Shown here: piece by piece, positions 18,145-26,294 of the stretch
Numbering within the stretch: position 1 is the stretch's first letter
How the letters are laid out: each line of letters begins with the position of its first letter
Assembly (NCBI RefSeq): GCF_000018465.1
Contig: NC_010085.1
Location: 300,001 to 332,000 of the forward strand
DNA: 32,000 bases
DNA from: Nitrosopumilus maritimus SCM1
Lineage (GTDB): Archaea > Thermoproteota > Nitrososphaeria > Nitrososphaerales > Nitrosopumilaceae
Reading direction: 5' to 3'
The notes under the pieces: model-generated
What the model was told of the DNA's origin: nothing
The model's input: only the letters and a program-made list of their open reading frames with translations
Database searches by the model: none
Made by a program: the position numbers and the translations under genes

Positions 18145-19821
18145 GTGTTTTTTGGTGTAATGCGATTAATCTTAGGAATCACCCTAGTGTTAACAGCTTT
18201 TACACCACTTGCATTCAATGATGTTTTTGCTGATTCATTTAATGTGAGTTTTAATCAGGATAGTTATCAAACTGGTGACACACTAGTAATTTCTGGTCAA
18301 ATAATTGATTTTGGAATGCCTGTCATTGCTATGAGTATATTTGATCCTGATGAAAAAATCCTCACTGCAAATAGTTTAGAACTTTCTTCTGATGGTAGTT
18401 TCTCAAAAACCATTCCTTTAGAGTCTCCATTTTATGAAATGTCTGGAGATTATCTCATAAAATTAGACTATGGACAAGTCACTGAAGAACATAACTTTGT
18501 AATTGGTGACATTATTTCTGAATCTGAAATTGCTCCTCAGGAGGTTGTTGCACTTGAAATTATGTCTCTCTATACTGAAAAAGAGCATTACTTTGATGGT
18601 GATACAGTCAACATTTTTGGAACTGTGTCATCCATAGATTCTCCTACTATTCTCATAGGAGTTCATGATCCATTTGGAACTCCTGCTGGATTTTATTTTG
18701 GAAATATAAACAATAACTTGGAGTTTTCCACAAACTTTCTAATCAAAGATGGAGTGAATTTTAAAGCTGAAGGAACTTACTCGATTAAAGCTCATTATGC
18801 TGAAACTAGTGTAGAATACTTCTTTGAATATTCTGCAGAATCATCTACAGAAACACAAACAACTGAAGACACAACACAAACAACTGAAGACACAACACAA
18901 ACAACTGAAGACACAACACAAACAACTGAAGACACAACACAAACAACTGAAGACACAACACAAACAACTGAAGACACAACACAAACAACTGAAGACACAA
19001 CACAAACAACTGAAGACACAACACAAACAACTGAAGACAATATACCTAGAGAATCTGTTGAAGAAAAAATAGTTTCACAAAATGAAGCAATAACTGAAAC
19101 AATAAATGAAAAAACAGAAACTGAAACAAAAATTATTACAAAAGAAACTCAAACAAAAAATGATTCTGAAAATATTTTAGAAAATGAAGAACATGATAAT
19201 CTTTCTGTAGAAGATATTGAGCTTGGAAAATTATTAAATCAAATTAATCTCGATTGTGATTCTAGCACTTTTGTTGATACTATTTCTTACTATGATGGTA
19301 TGGGTCCTGCACTTTACAGATTATGTCAATTTGATAGTTCTTTGAATTTTTTTAATGAGTCTTTGACTAGTGATCCTGATAATGTTGAAATTCTTGTCAA
19401 TAAAGGGTCTACACTAGGAAAAATTGGATTTGTTTCTGAAGCAATAGCATATTATGATCATGCTATCTCTCTTGATCCCCAATACCTGCCTGCAAAAAAT
19501 AACAAAGCAAATGCCTTGGCTAATCTTGGAAATCTTGATGATGCCATTTTACTCTACAATGAAATCTTAGAGGAAAATACGAATTACTATACTGCAAGAA
19601 CAAATCTCAATACTGCATTATTACTAAAATCTGAAACTTCTGAAACTTCTGATGTGATAAGTACTGTTAAATCTGAAATTGAAACTTCACCTGAAAATAC
19701 TTCACCTGAAAACATTTTCCCTGAAAAAACAATCTCAACAGAAAACAAAAATGAAACACAATCAAACTTTTTTGAAGAATTAACTCGTGTATTTTCATCT
19801 TTGTTTGGTTTTACTGAGTGA
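18145..19821 (+). CDS. Secreted protein: Ig-like domain + (TTQTTED)n linker + TPR-like repeats
   Basis: Signal peptide. FNQDSYQTGDTLVISGQI domain resembles the PEFG proteins. TPR-like SLTSDPDNVEILVNKGSTLGKIGFVSEAIAYYDHAISLDPQYLPAKNNKANALANLGNLDDAILLYNEILEENTNYYTARTNLNTAL. Confidence 0.8.
   Translation: MFFGVMRLILGITLVLTAFTPLAFNDVFADSFNVSFNQDSYQTGDTLVISGQIIDFGMPVIAMSIFDPDEKILTANSLELSSDGSFSKTIPLESPFYEMSGDYLIKLDYGQVTEEHNFVIGDIISESEIAPQEVVALEIMSLYTEKEHYFDGDTVNIFGTVSSIDSPTILIGVHDPFGTPAGFYFGNINNNLEFSTNFLIKDGVNFKAEGTYSIKAHYAETSVEYFFEYSAESSTETQTTEDTTQTTEDTTQTTEDTTQTTEDTTQTTEDTTQTTEDTTQTTEDTTQTTEDTTQTTEDNIPRESVEEKIVSQNEAITETINEKTETETKIITKETQTKNDSENILENEEHDNLSVEDIELGKLLNQINLDCDSSTFVDTISYYDGMGPALYRLCQFDSSLNFFNESLTSDPDNVEILVNKGSTLGKIGFVSEAIAYYDHAISLDPQYLPAKNNKANALANLGNLDDAILLYNEILEENTNYYTARTNLNTALLLKSETSETSDVISTVKSEIETSPENTSPENIFPEKTISTENKNETQSNFFEELTRVFSSLFGFTE
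18850..19038 (+). repeat. In-frame tandem repeat, 9 x 21 bp (acaacacaaacaactgaagac), encoding (TTQTTED)n
   Basis: ctgaagac occurs at 18863, 18884, 18905, 18926, 18947, 18968, 18989, 19010 and 19031, a strict 21 bp period. Confidence 0.97.
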
Positions 19822-19856
19822 TCTTTGTTTTTTGCGTGCGTAATTTTTCCATAAAC

Positions 19857-19865
19857 CTATAAAGC
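19857..19865 (+). promoter_or_regulatory. Probable TATA box for L30e-nusA-S12-S7
   Basis: cctataaag, roughly 35 nt upstream of ATG 19896. Confidence 0.45.
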
Positions 19866-19895
19866 CCTGTTGAGACGATGCTCATAAGGAAAAAC

Positions 19896-20219
19896 ATGAG
19901 TAAGATACTTGAAAAATCTTTGAAGGATGCCCATAAAGAAGGTAAATTAACAATGGGTACTAAACAAGTCTTGAACTCTGTAAAAAATTCCAAGCTAATT
20001 GTATTGTCTCAATCTGTAGAGAAAGAAATGATTGAGCAAATTGAAACAGATGCAAAAAAAGAAAAAATACCTTTAGTGAACTTCCAAGGAACTTCAGTCG
20101 CATTGGGTAGATTGTGTGGCTTACAATTTAGAATTTCAACAATTTCATTCACATCAATTGATGACGCAAACATCAAATCAATTTTAAAAGATACAGAAGC
20201 TGAGGAAAAAAATGATTAG
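19896..20219 (+). CDS. rpl30e: Ribosomal protein L30e (eL30) / L7Ae family
   Basis: MSKILEKSLKDAHKEGKLTMGTKQVLNSVKNSKLIVLSQSVEKEM...NFQGTSVALGRLCGLQFRISTISF. ORF track starts at 19878; the TATA near 19858 favours ATG 19896. Confidence 0.88.
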   Translation: MSKILEKSLKDAHKEGKLTMGTKQVLNSVKNSKLIVLSQSVEKEMIEQIETDAKKEKIPLVNFQGTSVALGRLCGLQFRISTISFTSIDDANIKSILKDTEAEEKND

Positions 20220-20270
20220 AACTATTGAAAGTTTAAATGAGACATTTTTTGTTTGGAGACATTAAGAATT

Positions 20271-20735
20271 ATGACACAATCAATCAAACTAACAACGGAT
20301 CAAATGAGAATGATGTCTTTGTTCCAAAATGTTACTGGTGCAACAGCACGTGATTGCGTTGAAGATGAAAAACAAGATAGAGTAATTTTTGTAGTAAATA
20401 CCGGAAAAATGGGACTTGCAATTGGCAAGGGTGGAATGCATATCAAATCATTACAAAACATTGTAAAAAGAAATGTTGAACTAGTCGAATTTGATGAAGA
20501 TCCTGCAAAATTTTTGTCCAATTTGCTTAATTCCAAACTAGTATCTGAAGTAAAAATAAATACACGGGCAGACGGGACAAAACAGGCAATTGTTATGGTA
20601 GACCCAAGAAAGAAAGGTATTGTTGTTGGAAGAGAAGGCAGAAATGCTGAGAAGGCAAGAATGCTTGCAAAACGATATTTTGATATTACTAGTGTCTTGA
20701 TTAACAGTCCTGAAAGACAAACTTTGGAGATGTAG
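20271..20735 (+). CDS. nusA: NusA-like transcription termination/antitermination factor (KH domains)
   Basis: FVVNTGKMGLAIGKGGMHIKSLQNIVKRNVELVEFDEDPAKFLSNLL and AIVMVDPRKKGIVVGREGRNAEKARMLAKRYFDI. Start taken at MTQSIKL. Confidence 0.9.
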   Translation: MTQSIKLTTDQMRMMSLFQNVTGATARDCVEDEKQDRVIFVVNTGKMGLAIGKGGMHIKSLQNIVKRNVELVEFDEDPAKFLSNLLNSKLVSEVKINTRADGTKQAIVMVDPRKKGIVVGREGRNAEKARMLAKRYFDITSVLINSPERQTLEM

Positions 20736-20738
20736 AAT

Positions 20739-21176
20739 ATGAGAAAATCACCACTTGGATTATTTGCAGGCAGAGTTCTAACTACTAAAAAGAAAAGACA
20801 GAGATGGGCAATCTCTACTTACAAGAGAAGAGAATTAGGTATTGATAAAAAAGCAGACCCTCTTGGTGGTGCTCCACAAGCAAGAGGCATCGTTTTAGAA
20901 AAAGTTGGTGTTGCAGCAAAACAGCCAAACTCTGCAATTAGAAAATGTGTTCGAGTACAATTAATTAAAAATGGTAAAACAGTTACAGCCTTCTTGCCAA
21001 GAGACGGTGCAATGAACTTTATTGATGAACACGATGAAGTTCACATTCAAGGAATGGGTGCAACTCAAGGTGGTGCAATGGGTGATATTCCTGGTGTTAG
21101 ATTCAAAGTATTCAAAGTAAATGGTACTTCACTTCATGAATTAGTAATCGGAAAGAAGGAGAAACCAAGGAGATAG
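20739..21176 (+). CDS. rpsL: 30S ribosomal protein S12 (uS12)
   Basis: 145 aa. [68 protein letters not shown]. Confidence 0.97.
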   Translation: MRKSPLGLFAGRVLTTKKKRQRWAISTYKRRELGIDKKADPLGGAPQARGIVLEKVGVAAKQPNSAIRKCVRVQLIKNGKTVTAFLPRDGAMNFIDEHDEVHIQGMGATQGGAMGDIPGVRFKVFKVNGTSLHELVIGKKEKPRR

Positions 21177-21178
21177 AA

Positions 21179-21778
21179 ATGGCACAAACAAAAAACTTGT
21201 TACTATTTAGAAAATGGGATTTGTCTGACATCGAAGTCAAGGACCCAGGTCTTAAAACTGCAATTTCCCTAAGAAAACAAATCCTACCATACACTTTTGG
21301 TCGTTCTGCACTCAAAAGATTCAACAAGGCAGATGTCAACATTGTTGAGAGATTAATCAACAAGACAATGCACTTTGGTAAAAAATATGCAAAGAACACT
21401 GGTAGAATGACTGGAAAGAAAACCAAAGTTCTCAACACAGTTAGAACAGCATTTACAATTATTGAACTCAAAACTGGTAAAAATCCCGTAGAAGTATTAG
21501 TTAGAGCAGTTGAAAATTCAGCTCCTAATGAAGATACAACTAGAATTGTTTATGGTGGTACTGTTTACCACGTATCAGTTGATGTTGCACCAATTAGAAG
21601 AGTTGACTTGGCTTTGAGATTCATTGCTGATGCAATCAAAGAATCAACATTCTCCAATCCAAAACCAATTGAAGAACACATGGCAGAACAACTAATCTTG
21701 GCTGCAGAAAACGATCCTAATGCTCCTTCTGTAAAGAAGAAGAATGAATTAGAAAGAATCGCACAAGCATCAAGATAG
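21179..21778 (+). CDS. rpsG: 30S ribosomal protein S7 (uS7)
   Basis: 199 aa. KFNKADVNIVERLINKTM, GKKTKVLNTVRTAFTIIELKTGKNPVEVLVRAVENSAPNEDTTRIVYGGTVYHVSVDVAPIRRVDLALRFI. Confidence 0.96.
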   Translation: MAQTKNLLLFRKWDLSDIEVKDPGLKTAISLRKQILPYTFGRSALKRFNKADVNIVERLINKTMHFGKKYAKNTGRMTGKKTKVLNTVRTAFTIIELKTGKNPVEVLVRAVENSAPNEDTTRIVYGGTVYHVSVDVAPIRRVDLALRFIADAIKESTFSNPKPIEEHMAEQLILAAENDPNAPSVKKKNELERIAQASR

Positions 21779-21799
21779 AATTTTTAAAAATTATTCCAG

Positions 21800-21890
21800 T
21801 AGCCCGAGGCAGATTCGAACTGCCGTCTCCGCCTATATCCACTTTGTGAGATCCAGAGGGCAGAATCCTTGACCGCTAGACTATCGGGCT
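21800..21890 (-). tRNA. Intron-containing tRNA, anticodon read as CTG (tRNA-Gln)
   Basis: Minus strand AGCCCGA TA GTCTAGCGGTCAAGGATT CTGCC CTCTGG[ATCTCACAAAGTGGATAT]A GGCGG AGAC GGCAG TTCGAAT CTGCC TCGGGCT A. Acceptor 7/7, anticodon stem 5/5 (one G-U), T arm 5/5 with TTCGAAT. An 18 nt insertion at about 37/38 leaves a 7-nt loop. Confidence 0.85.
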
Positions 21891-21936
21891 ACTTGAAAGA
21901 AATTTTGAATGTTCAGAATATAATCATTTGTTGTAA

Positions 21937-22272
21937 TTACTTTAGTCTAACTTCTCTAATTGCAGTTGCATAATCACATCTTGCTCTTAATCTCATATAT
22001 GGAATTAATTTGTAGTGGATAGAGTATATTGTTCCTTCTTTGAGTATGATTCCTTTTTGTTGTAATGATGCTAATCCTCGTGATGGAACATTGATTGATA
22101 GATTGTGTTGTTGACAAATTTTATCACGTCTGTCCTGGAATTGTTTTAGAGTAAACACAACATCGTTTAATTCTAAAATTAAAGGCCAAATTATTTCTGA
22201 CCAAACAAATCTTCTGTTTTCTGTAGCTGAAGCATATTTGCCTTTTTCACTCAACATTAATAACATCTGCAA
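21937..22272 (-). CDS. Hypothetical protein, about 106-111 aa
   Basis: Open frame with plausible composition. The 5' end overlaps the annotated start of the 22238 ORF, so at least one start is wrong. Confidence 0.55.
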   Translation of the reverse strand: MQMLLMLSEKGKYASATENRRFVWSEIIWPLILELNDVVFTLKQFQDRRDKICQQHNLSINVPSRGLASLQQKGIILKEGTIYSIHYKLIPYMRLRARCDYATAIREVRLK

Positions 22273-22993
22273 AAGATGTTATAACTTATTGTCCCAAAAA
22301 GAGATTGAGGAATCATTAGATTTACTGCAAAAAGATTGGGATGTTGATCCAACACTTCGAAATTTTATGCTAGGGAAAATTACCGATGTTTCTGATAGAC
22401 CAATTAAAGTAAAAGATGTTGTATTTCATGTACCTTATCTAAATTCTGAAAAAAAATTCATTTTGTGGAAGTGTTTTTGGCCTGATTGCCATAATTGTTG
22501 TGATAGACAAGGAAGATTGCCACTGACTTCTGATGATTTGATTACAATTGGCAAGGGTTTGAAATACCAAAAACCTTCAGAGTTTATTAAAAATGAAACT
22601 TTGACTGTCACTTATTCTGAGCCAGGACCTTCTGGGCAGATGACTACAATGACTACAATAAATCTCAAAAGAAAAACAGATGAAACTGAAGCAGATGATG
22701 GTACCCACATTTCTTGTAGGTTCTTGAATGATGAAGGTGGATGTTCTATGCATCCAGACCGACCTGGTGTGTGTTACCTGTATCCATTTTCCAGCTGGCT
22801 TGAAAATGAGAAAGGAAAACCACGTGTTCATGCAACATATCAATTCACAGGAGACTGTCCTGGATTTTATTTGGCAGAAGACTTGGAACCAATGAAAGAA
22901 GAGTTCAAAGAATACTCGAAGATAATCTATGATTACAATATGGCATCAAATAGAACAAACAGAGAGGGTTTTGGTTCTGTAAGTTTTAGTTGA
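22238..22993 (+). CDS. YkgJ-family Cys-cluster (putative Zn/Fe-chelating) protein
   Basis: WKCFWPDCHNCCDRQGRLPLTSDDLITIG ... HISCRFLNDEGGCSMHPDRPGVCYLYPFSSW ... DCPGFYL: CxxxCxxCC plus C...C..HxxRPxxCxxYP pattern. Exact start uncertain. Confidence 0.72.
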   Translation: MPFSLNINNICKRCYNLLSQKEIEESLDLLQKDWDVDPTLRNFMLGKITDVSDRPIKVKDVVFHVPYLNSEKKFILWKCFWPDCHNCCDRQGRLPLTSDDLITIGKGLKYQKPSEFIKNETLTVTYSEPGPSGQMTTMTTINLKRKTDETEADDGTHISCRFLNDEGGCSMHPDRPGVCYLYPFSSWLENEKGKPRVHATYQFTGDCPGFYLAEDLEPMKEEFKEYSKIIYDYNMASNRTNREGFGSVSFS

Positions 22994-22994
22994 A

Positions 22995-23444
22995 ATGACA
23001 AACGTGACGATTAGAGAAGCAACAGATAAAGACATTCCAATAATTCTTGGATTGTTATATGAACTTGGACGTCCAAAACCCCAACAAGATTCTGATGTTG
23101 ATTCATTTAGAAAACTTGTAAAGACCTACATTCAAGAATCTGACAAAAAACTTCTTGTTGCAATTCTTGATGATATGAAAATTGTTGGTATGATTAGTAT
23201 GATGCTCTTGCCAAGACTTAATCGTGATACCTTGGAAATGTATGTTCCAGAACTAATTGTTCTTGAAAAATATCAAGGTAAGGGAATAGGGAAAAAACTG
23301 ATCAATTCCTGCATTACTTTTGCTATTGAGAAAAAATGTCATAGAATTAGACTAGAATCTGGAAATCAACGTAAAGAATCTCACAAATTCTACAAACATC
23401 TAGGATTTGAACAATCTTCGCTTTCTTTTACCAAGAATCTCTAA
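22995..23444 (+). CDS. GNAT-family N-acetyltransferase
   Basis: VTIREATDKDIPIILGLLYELG, ELIVLEKYQGKGIGKKLINSCITFAIEKKCHRIRLESGNQRKESHKFYKHLGFEQ. Confidence 0.92.
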   Translation: MTNVTIREATDKDIPIILGLLYELGRPKPQQDSDVDSFRKLVKTYIQESDKKLLVAILDDMKIVGMISMMLLPRLNRDTLEMYVPELIVLEKYQGKGIGKKLINSCITFAIEKKCHRIRLESGNQRKESHKFYKHLGFEQSSLSFTKNL

Positions 23445-23445
23445 G

Positions 23446-24459
23446 TTATGCTTTAGCTACTTTCATCAAATCGGCAATTTTGATATCCATTCCAAACCTG
23501 TCTTCATTCTTTTTCATGTAACGGAAGATTGCAAGAAAGTCTGGCAATGATTTGAAGAAATTGAAGTCTTTCTTGATTTTAGCTCTAACAAAATTAAAGA
23601 CTTTGGCATATACTTTGTAGTGTTCTTCAACTGCTTTTTCATATGCTTTGAAATCATTCATGTTCTTCAGGAATAATTCAACACATTGCATTGATGGAAT
23701 GATTCCTTCACCTAATAATGCATAGACTGTCCCAATTGATTCTCCAACACCAACAACTTTTCCTGAATAGTATGGTTTGCATCTATCAGGAGTTGCAAGT
23801 CTGATTGGTCTTCCTTTTGTTTTGAGAACTTTGCCACCATGTTTTTTCAAAAAGTCATCAGTTGCTTTGATGTGATTTTTATTGTAATCCCCTGCTCCAA
23901 TATGAGCCCATTTTTCTCCTAGAGGGAAATACCAGAAATATCCTGACATTCCAGGAAATGGTTCAATGTAAAAGTCATCATATGGAACTCCATTTTCATA
24001 TTCTACTTTGTATTCGTATGTTGGCAAAAAGAAATCTTCCTTGAGTTTTGGTAAGTACACTCTATGAAATCCAGTACAATCCACTATCATGTCGTACTCT
24101 TTTTCTAATTCTTCAAGTGATGGTGGTTTACCGTAGATAATTTTTGAATCTTTGATAAAATCTTTGATTAAACCAATCTTGTCATATGTACACAATCCAT
24201 GTAATCCAATGTCAAACTTTACATCATTGTTCATCTTAACATGCATATTTTTTCCATCGTGGATTAGAAAGTCGTTAAAATCTCTGCCAGTTTTTTTGCA
24301 GTATTCAGTAAGTATTGGTTTGATTGTACCCCATGCGCAAATAGAATCATGCCTTTCTTTTGGATTTAGTTCATATCCTGTAACGTCATGTTCTGAGTCT
24401 TTGAGCCTGGCCATTAGATAGGAACCTGCTACACCCATTCCCATTACTGCAATCTTCAA
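23446..24459 (-). CDS. FAD-dependent oxidoreductase, geranylgeranyl reductase-like
   Basis: MKIAVMGMGVAGSYLMARL FAD-binding start, YFWYFPLGEKWAHIGAGDY, VGVGESIGTVYALLGEGIIPSMQ. Confidence 0.75.
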   Translation of the reverse strand: MKIAVMGMGVAGSYLMARLKDSEHDVTGYELNPKERHDSICAWGTIKPILTEYCKKTGRDFNDFLIHDGKNMHVKMNNDVKFDIGLHGLCTYDKIGLIKDFIKDSKIIYGKPPSLEELEKEYDMIVDCTGFHRVYLPKLKEDFFLPTYEYKVEYENGVPYDDFYIEPFPGMSGYFWYFPLGEKWAHIGAGDYNKNHIKATDDFLKKHGGKVLKTKGRPIRLATPDRCKPYYSGKVVGVGESIGTVYALLGEGIIPSMQCVELFLKNMNDFKAYEKAVEEHYKVYAKVFNFVRAKIKKDFNFFKSLPDFLAIFRYMKKNEDRFGMDIKIADLMKVAKA

Positions 24460-24593
24460 GATATTTTCTGAATCTCTGGGGTGTAATAAATAGACTATCT
24501 GAATTTGTTCAGGTTATTTGCCACTAGTAGAAATTATCAGTACCTGTTAAATATCAAATTCACATAAACTGATTAAGAAAAGACAAGTCTGTC

Positions 24594-24665
24594 GTCTGAA
24601 AACAATCGTTTCAGACCTTAAGATGAAATCACTGTCATCAGAGGACAACCGTTTCTGATCTTAAG
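24594..24665. other. Intergenic double hairpin / imperfectly repeated inverted-repeat elements
   Basis: Hairpin 1 at 24594-24616: gtctgaaa acaatcg tttcagac. Hairpin 2 at 24617-24665: cttaagat ... atcttaag enclosing atcaga gg acaa cc gtt tctgat. Confidence 0.6.
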
Positions 24666-24759
24666 TGATAAGAGATGTCATCAAGACACTTTTGGTCTTG
24701 GTCTTAATCTCGATTGTCTTTTCGTTTAATTTATTTTAGATTAATTTTGAATTGATTCT

Positions 24760-25362
24760 ATGGATGTTTTCGAAGCTGTATCAACAAGACGTGCAATCAA
24801 AAAGTTTGATCCAAATCACAAGATGAGTTCTGATGACGTAAAGAAACTCATGGAGCATGTTATACTGTCTCCAACTAGCTACAACCAACAAAACTGGAGA
24901 TTTGTTTATGTTACTGATCAAGACGTCAAAGAGAAAATATCAGAAGCTGCTCGTGGACAAGCACAACCAAAAGACGGTTCTTTGGTTATTGTATTGTGTG
25001 GTGATATGACCGCATGGAAGACTGAACCATTACGTTATTGGAAGAATCATCCAACTGAAAAACAAGAACTAGTAAAAGCTAGTCTTGAAAGAAAATACTC
25101 TACTGACACTCAAGCTCAAAGAGATGAAGCAATTCGTTCATGTGGAATGGCAGCTCAAACTATAATGTTATCTGCTAGAGATATGGGACTTGATTCTTGC
25201 CCAATGGTTGGTTTTGAGTATGATGAACTTGCTAAAGTAATCAATCTGCCAGAAAATCACTTGATTGTAATGATGGTTGTAGTTGGAAAAAGATCTGAAG
25301 ATGCAGCGCAACGTGGAGGCCAGCTACCTTTGAACGAGATTGCATTTGAAAATTCTTTCTAA
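24760..25362 (+). CDS. Nitroreductase-family FMN-dependent oxidoreductase
   Basis: MDVFEAVSTRRAIKKFDPNHKMSSDDVKKLMEHVILSPTSYNQQNWRFVYVTD, AAQTIMLSARDMGLDSCPMVGF. Confidence 0.93.
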   Translation: MDVFEAVSTRRAIKKFDPNHKMSSDDVKKLMEHVILSPTSYNQQNWRFVYVTDQDVKEKISEAARGQAQPKDGSLVIVLCGDMTAWKTEPLRYWKNHPTEKQELVKASLERKYSTDTQAQRDEAIRSCGMAAQTIMLSARDMGLDSCPMVGFEYDELAKVINLPENHLIVMMVVVGKRSEDAAQRGGQLPLNEIAFENSF

Positions 25363-25542
25363 ATCATCATAATTGAAAAATTCACAAATAATACAATGAA
25401 CCCTAAACCCTAAATTCTGTTAGGATGTAAATTAGTCATTGAGTTATAGAACTGCAGTTTTTTCTAAAAAGGAACTTGGAATTATTATTGGTATTTCCAG
25501 TGTTGTTTCCATAGCATTGTATGTGGCCTATATTTCAGGACG

Positions 25543-25788
25543 ATGAGACCAATAATCCCGTTATCTATTGTAATTGTCGTTGCAGCTATTGTTGGAATTC
25601 TAGGCAGCTCAAACTATGATGTGTATGTTGCAGAACGTGATCAGAGAAATCTTCAACTCGCAGTAGATGATTGCAAGAAATTATTCCCACAGGGAATAAA
25701 TCAGGAAGAATGTATTACAAAATCCCTTGATGTATTTGGAACTGAATATCAAAAGGAGCAATGGAGTCAAAGAGACATTTATCCATAA
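25543..25788 (+). CDS. Small membrane/secreted hypothetical protein
   Basis: MRPIIPLSIVIVVAAIVGILGSSNYDVYVAERDQRNLQLAVDDCKKLFPQGINQEECI..., one N-terminal hydrophobic segment. Confidence 0.65.
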   Translation: MRPIIPLSIVIVVAAIVGILGSSNYDVYVAERDQRNLQLAVDDCKKLFPQGINQEECITKSLDVFGTEYQKEQWSQRDIYP

Positions 25789-25823
25789 ACTCTTAATTTG
25801 ATAATTGATTCACTTTTTGTAAC

Positions 25824-26018
25824 TTGTCTTTTGAAAAGGATGTAACGGCGCTAAGAGAAGCTCTGAATGACACTGATTCTAGAATCAAGAAACTTGAGGA
25901 ACATAAAGAATCTGAGAGTAAAAAACCAGACTCTGATTCTGAAACATTATGTAGACTGGAGAAAAACTTGGATAATCTGCACAAAAAGCGTGCCCTCATC
26001 TTATCTGAACTAGATTGA
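25824..26018 (+). CDS. Small charged coiled-coil-like hypothetical protein, TTG start
   Basis: MSFEKDVTALREALNDTDSRIKKLEEHKES...LCRLEKNLDNLHKKRALILSELD; heptad-like pattern. Confidence 0.5.
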   Translation: MSFEKDVTALREALNDTDSRIKKLEEHKESESKKPDSDSETLCRLEKNLDNLHKKRALILSELD

Positions 26019-26057
26019 ATCCAATACGCTTAATTTGAGAAATATTTTACCCGAAAC

Positions 26058-26291
26058 ATGCCCCTTTATTGTAAACAATGTGAAGAGAGACGCTATCCTC
26101 AGTATAGCGCAGACGACAAGGGAACTTTGTGGTTATGCAACAAATGTCAAAATTATGCTGATGCTGAGGATGTGATTATTAGAGAACAAACTCAAGAAGA
26201 GAGAGATGAGATCAAGGCAAAAGCTGAAGAGTTTGAGAGAACTAGCAAGTTTTCAGGCGAAAAACTTTCTAGAAGAAAGGGTGTAAACTAA
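26058..26291 (+). CDS. Small zinc-ribbon protein
   Basis: MPLYCKQCEERRYPQYSADDKGTLWLCNKCQNYADAED...: CxxC ... CxxC. Confidence 0.65.
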   Translation: MPLYCKQCEERRYPQYSADDKGTLWLCNKCQNYADAEDVIIREQTQEERDEIKAKAEEFERTSKFSGEKLSRRKGVN

Positions 26292-26294
26292 ACC

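Noticed and set aside
18850-19038. CRISPR-like array
   Set aside because: Direct 21 bp units with no spacers, in frame inside a gene. The same applies to the 18 bp units at 27829-27990.
18824-19072. Additional ORFs in alternate frames across the 21 bp repeats (HKQLKTQ..., VVCVVSS..., CLCCVFS...)
   Set aside because: These are repeat artefacts: a stop-free unit gives open frames on both strands. Only the TTQTTED frame is embedded in a coherent gene.
24152-24421. Plus-strand 89 aa ORF
   Set aside because: Antisense to the geranylgeranyl-reductase-like gene.
24617-24665. C/D box sRNA
   Set aside because: There are C/D-like words (gatgaaa, ctga), but box C is imperfect and the spacing is not convincing. 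Kept only as a generic hairpin element.
25399-25412. ccctaaaccctaaa telomere-like repeat
   Set aside because: Only two short units in AT-rich intergenic DNA; chance is the simplest explanation.
25793-25999. Minus-strand 68 aa ORF rich in Ser/Leu
   Set aside because: Opposite a charged coiled-coil ORF on the plus strand; composition is typical of an antisense shadow.
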